From assembly GCF_033153115.1 (NCBI RefSeq), contig NW_026889761.1, forward strand, positions 6,324,001 through 6,388,000: DNA of 64,000 nt, in the 5' to 3' direction. Below the pieces are notes generated by a model. That model saw only the letters and a program-made list of their open reading frames with translations, did no database searches and was not told where the DNA came from. Shown here one piece after another: positions 63,348 to 64,000 of the stretch (the first letter of the stretch is position 1; every line of letters begins with the position of its first letter). Position numbers and translations under genes: made by a program. This DNA is from Saccostrea echinata. Its lineage: Eukaryota.

Positions 63348-64000
63348 TAGGGATGTCAAATCGGTCAATATTTGATAATAGGTTACTCGGACGATTTTTC
63401 GATCGAGTACAAGGGTACTCCGTAAAATTGTAAAATACAAATGTGTTAATTTTATTGAGACCAGTTAAGCCCTGTTTAACCCCATCGATGATTTTTTTTA
63501 ACGGTTTCTATGCCTGTACACAAACATCGAGCAAGTTGAAAATGATTTTTTTGCACTAAATTTATTTATCAAATAAACACAAAAGACAACAATTAATACA
63601 TCAATAATTAGAAATGGTTTATATATGTAGTTCTTGTTTAGGAAGACAATTTGATCCACGCAAGAGGAAGACAATCTGTAACGCAGCTTTGCAATGATTA
63701 GACAAGCGCAAGAAATTGTTTTTAAAGAAAGAGACGGTGTCGAGATCACTAGACATATATTATTTAATTAATACATGTATTTTGGTTGTTTTCCCCGTAT
63801 ACCCTAGGTTTACTTTGCACAGCTAATTTTAAACATTTTTTTTAAATCCTTAGTTCTTTTCTAACGTTTTTTTTTTTCGCCTTTGAAGTGATAGTGGCAT
63901 TTCTTTGTATGCCCGAATTCGCTACTGTATGGGAACTAAATTATTTTAGGATAATAAACCCTAATTAAACGATGTTCATGAAATACTTATCATTAAAGCC
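63348..64000. mobile_element. Probable hAT-like MITE left end in an intersectin intron
   Basis: Starts TAGGGATGTCAAATCGG... with CpG-rich subterminal motifs. Other end not in the window. Confidence 0.45.

Overview
Eukaryotic, AT-rich genomic DNA with spliceosomal GT-AG introns. The repeat content (Meta-type tRNA SINEs, Kolobok-like and mariner elements, Penelope-like and RTEX-like retroelements) points to a bivalve mollusc, probably an oyster; this is inferred, not proven. Exon-by-exon manual translation gives these genes in order: two orphan 3' exons of an HDEL-ending carboxylesterase (-, absent from the ORF track); a repeat-rich 3-16 kb block; two intact tandem ferric-chelate reductase 1-like genes (Reeler-DOMON-cytochrome b561, 15 coding exons each, +); an uncharacterised single-pass receptor with one SUEL/Gal-lectin-like domain (-); IRAK1BP1/SIMPL (-) head-to-head with jagunal JAGN1 (+); and CRYZL1 (-) head-to-head with intersectin (+, runs off the window). 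No prokaryotic-type system, CRISPR array, rRNA or bona fide tRNA is supported. Best leads: the CRYZL1-ITSN head-to-head pair matching the human chr21 arrangement, the SUEL-domain receptor with a PDZ-binding tail, a dileucine sorting motif shared by both FRRS1 paralogues, the orphan carboxylesterase exons, and recurrent hairpin+TGACGTCA elements.
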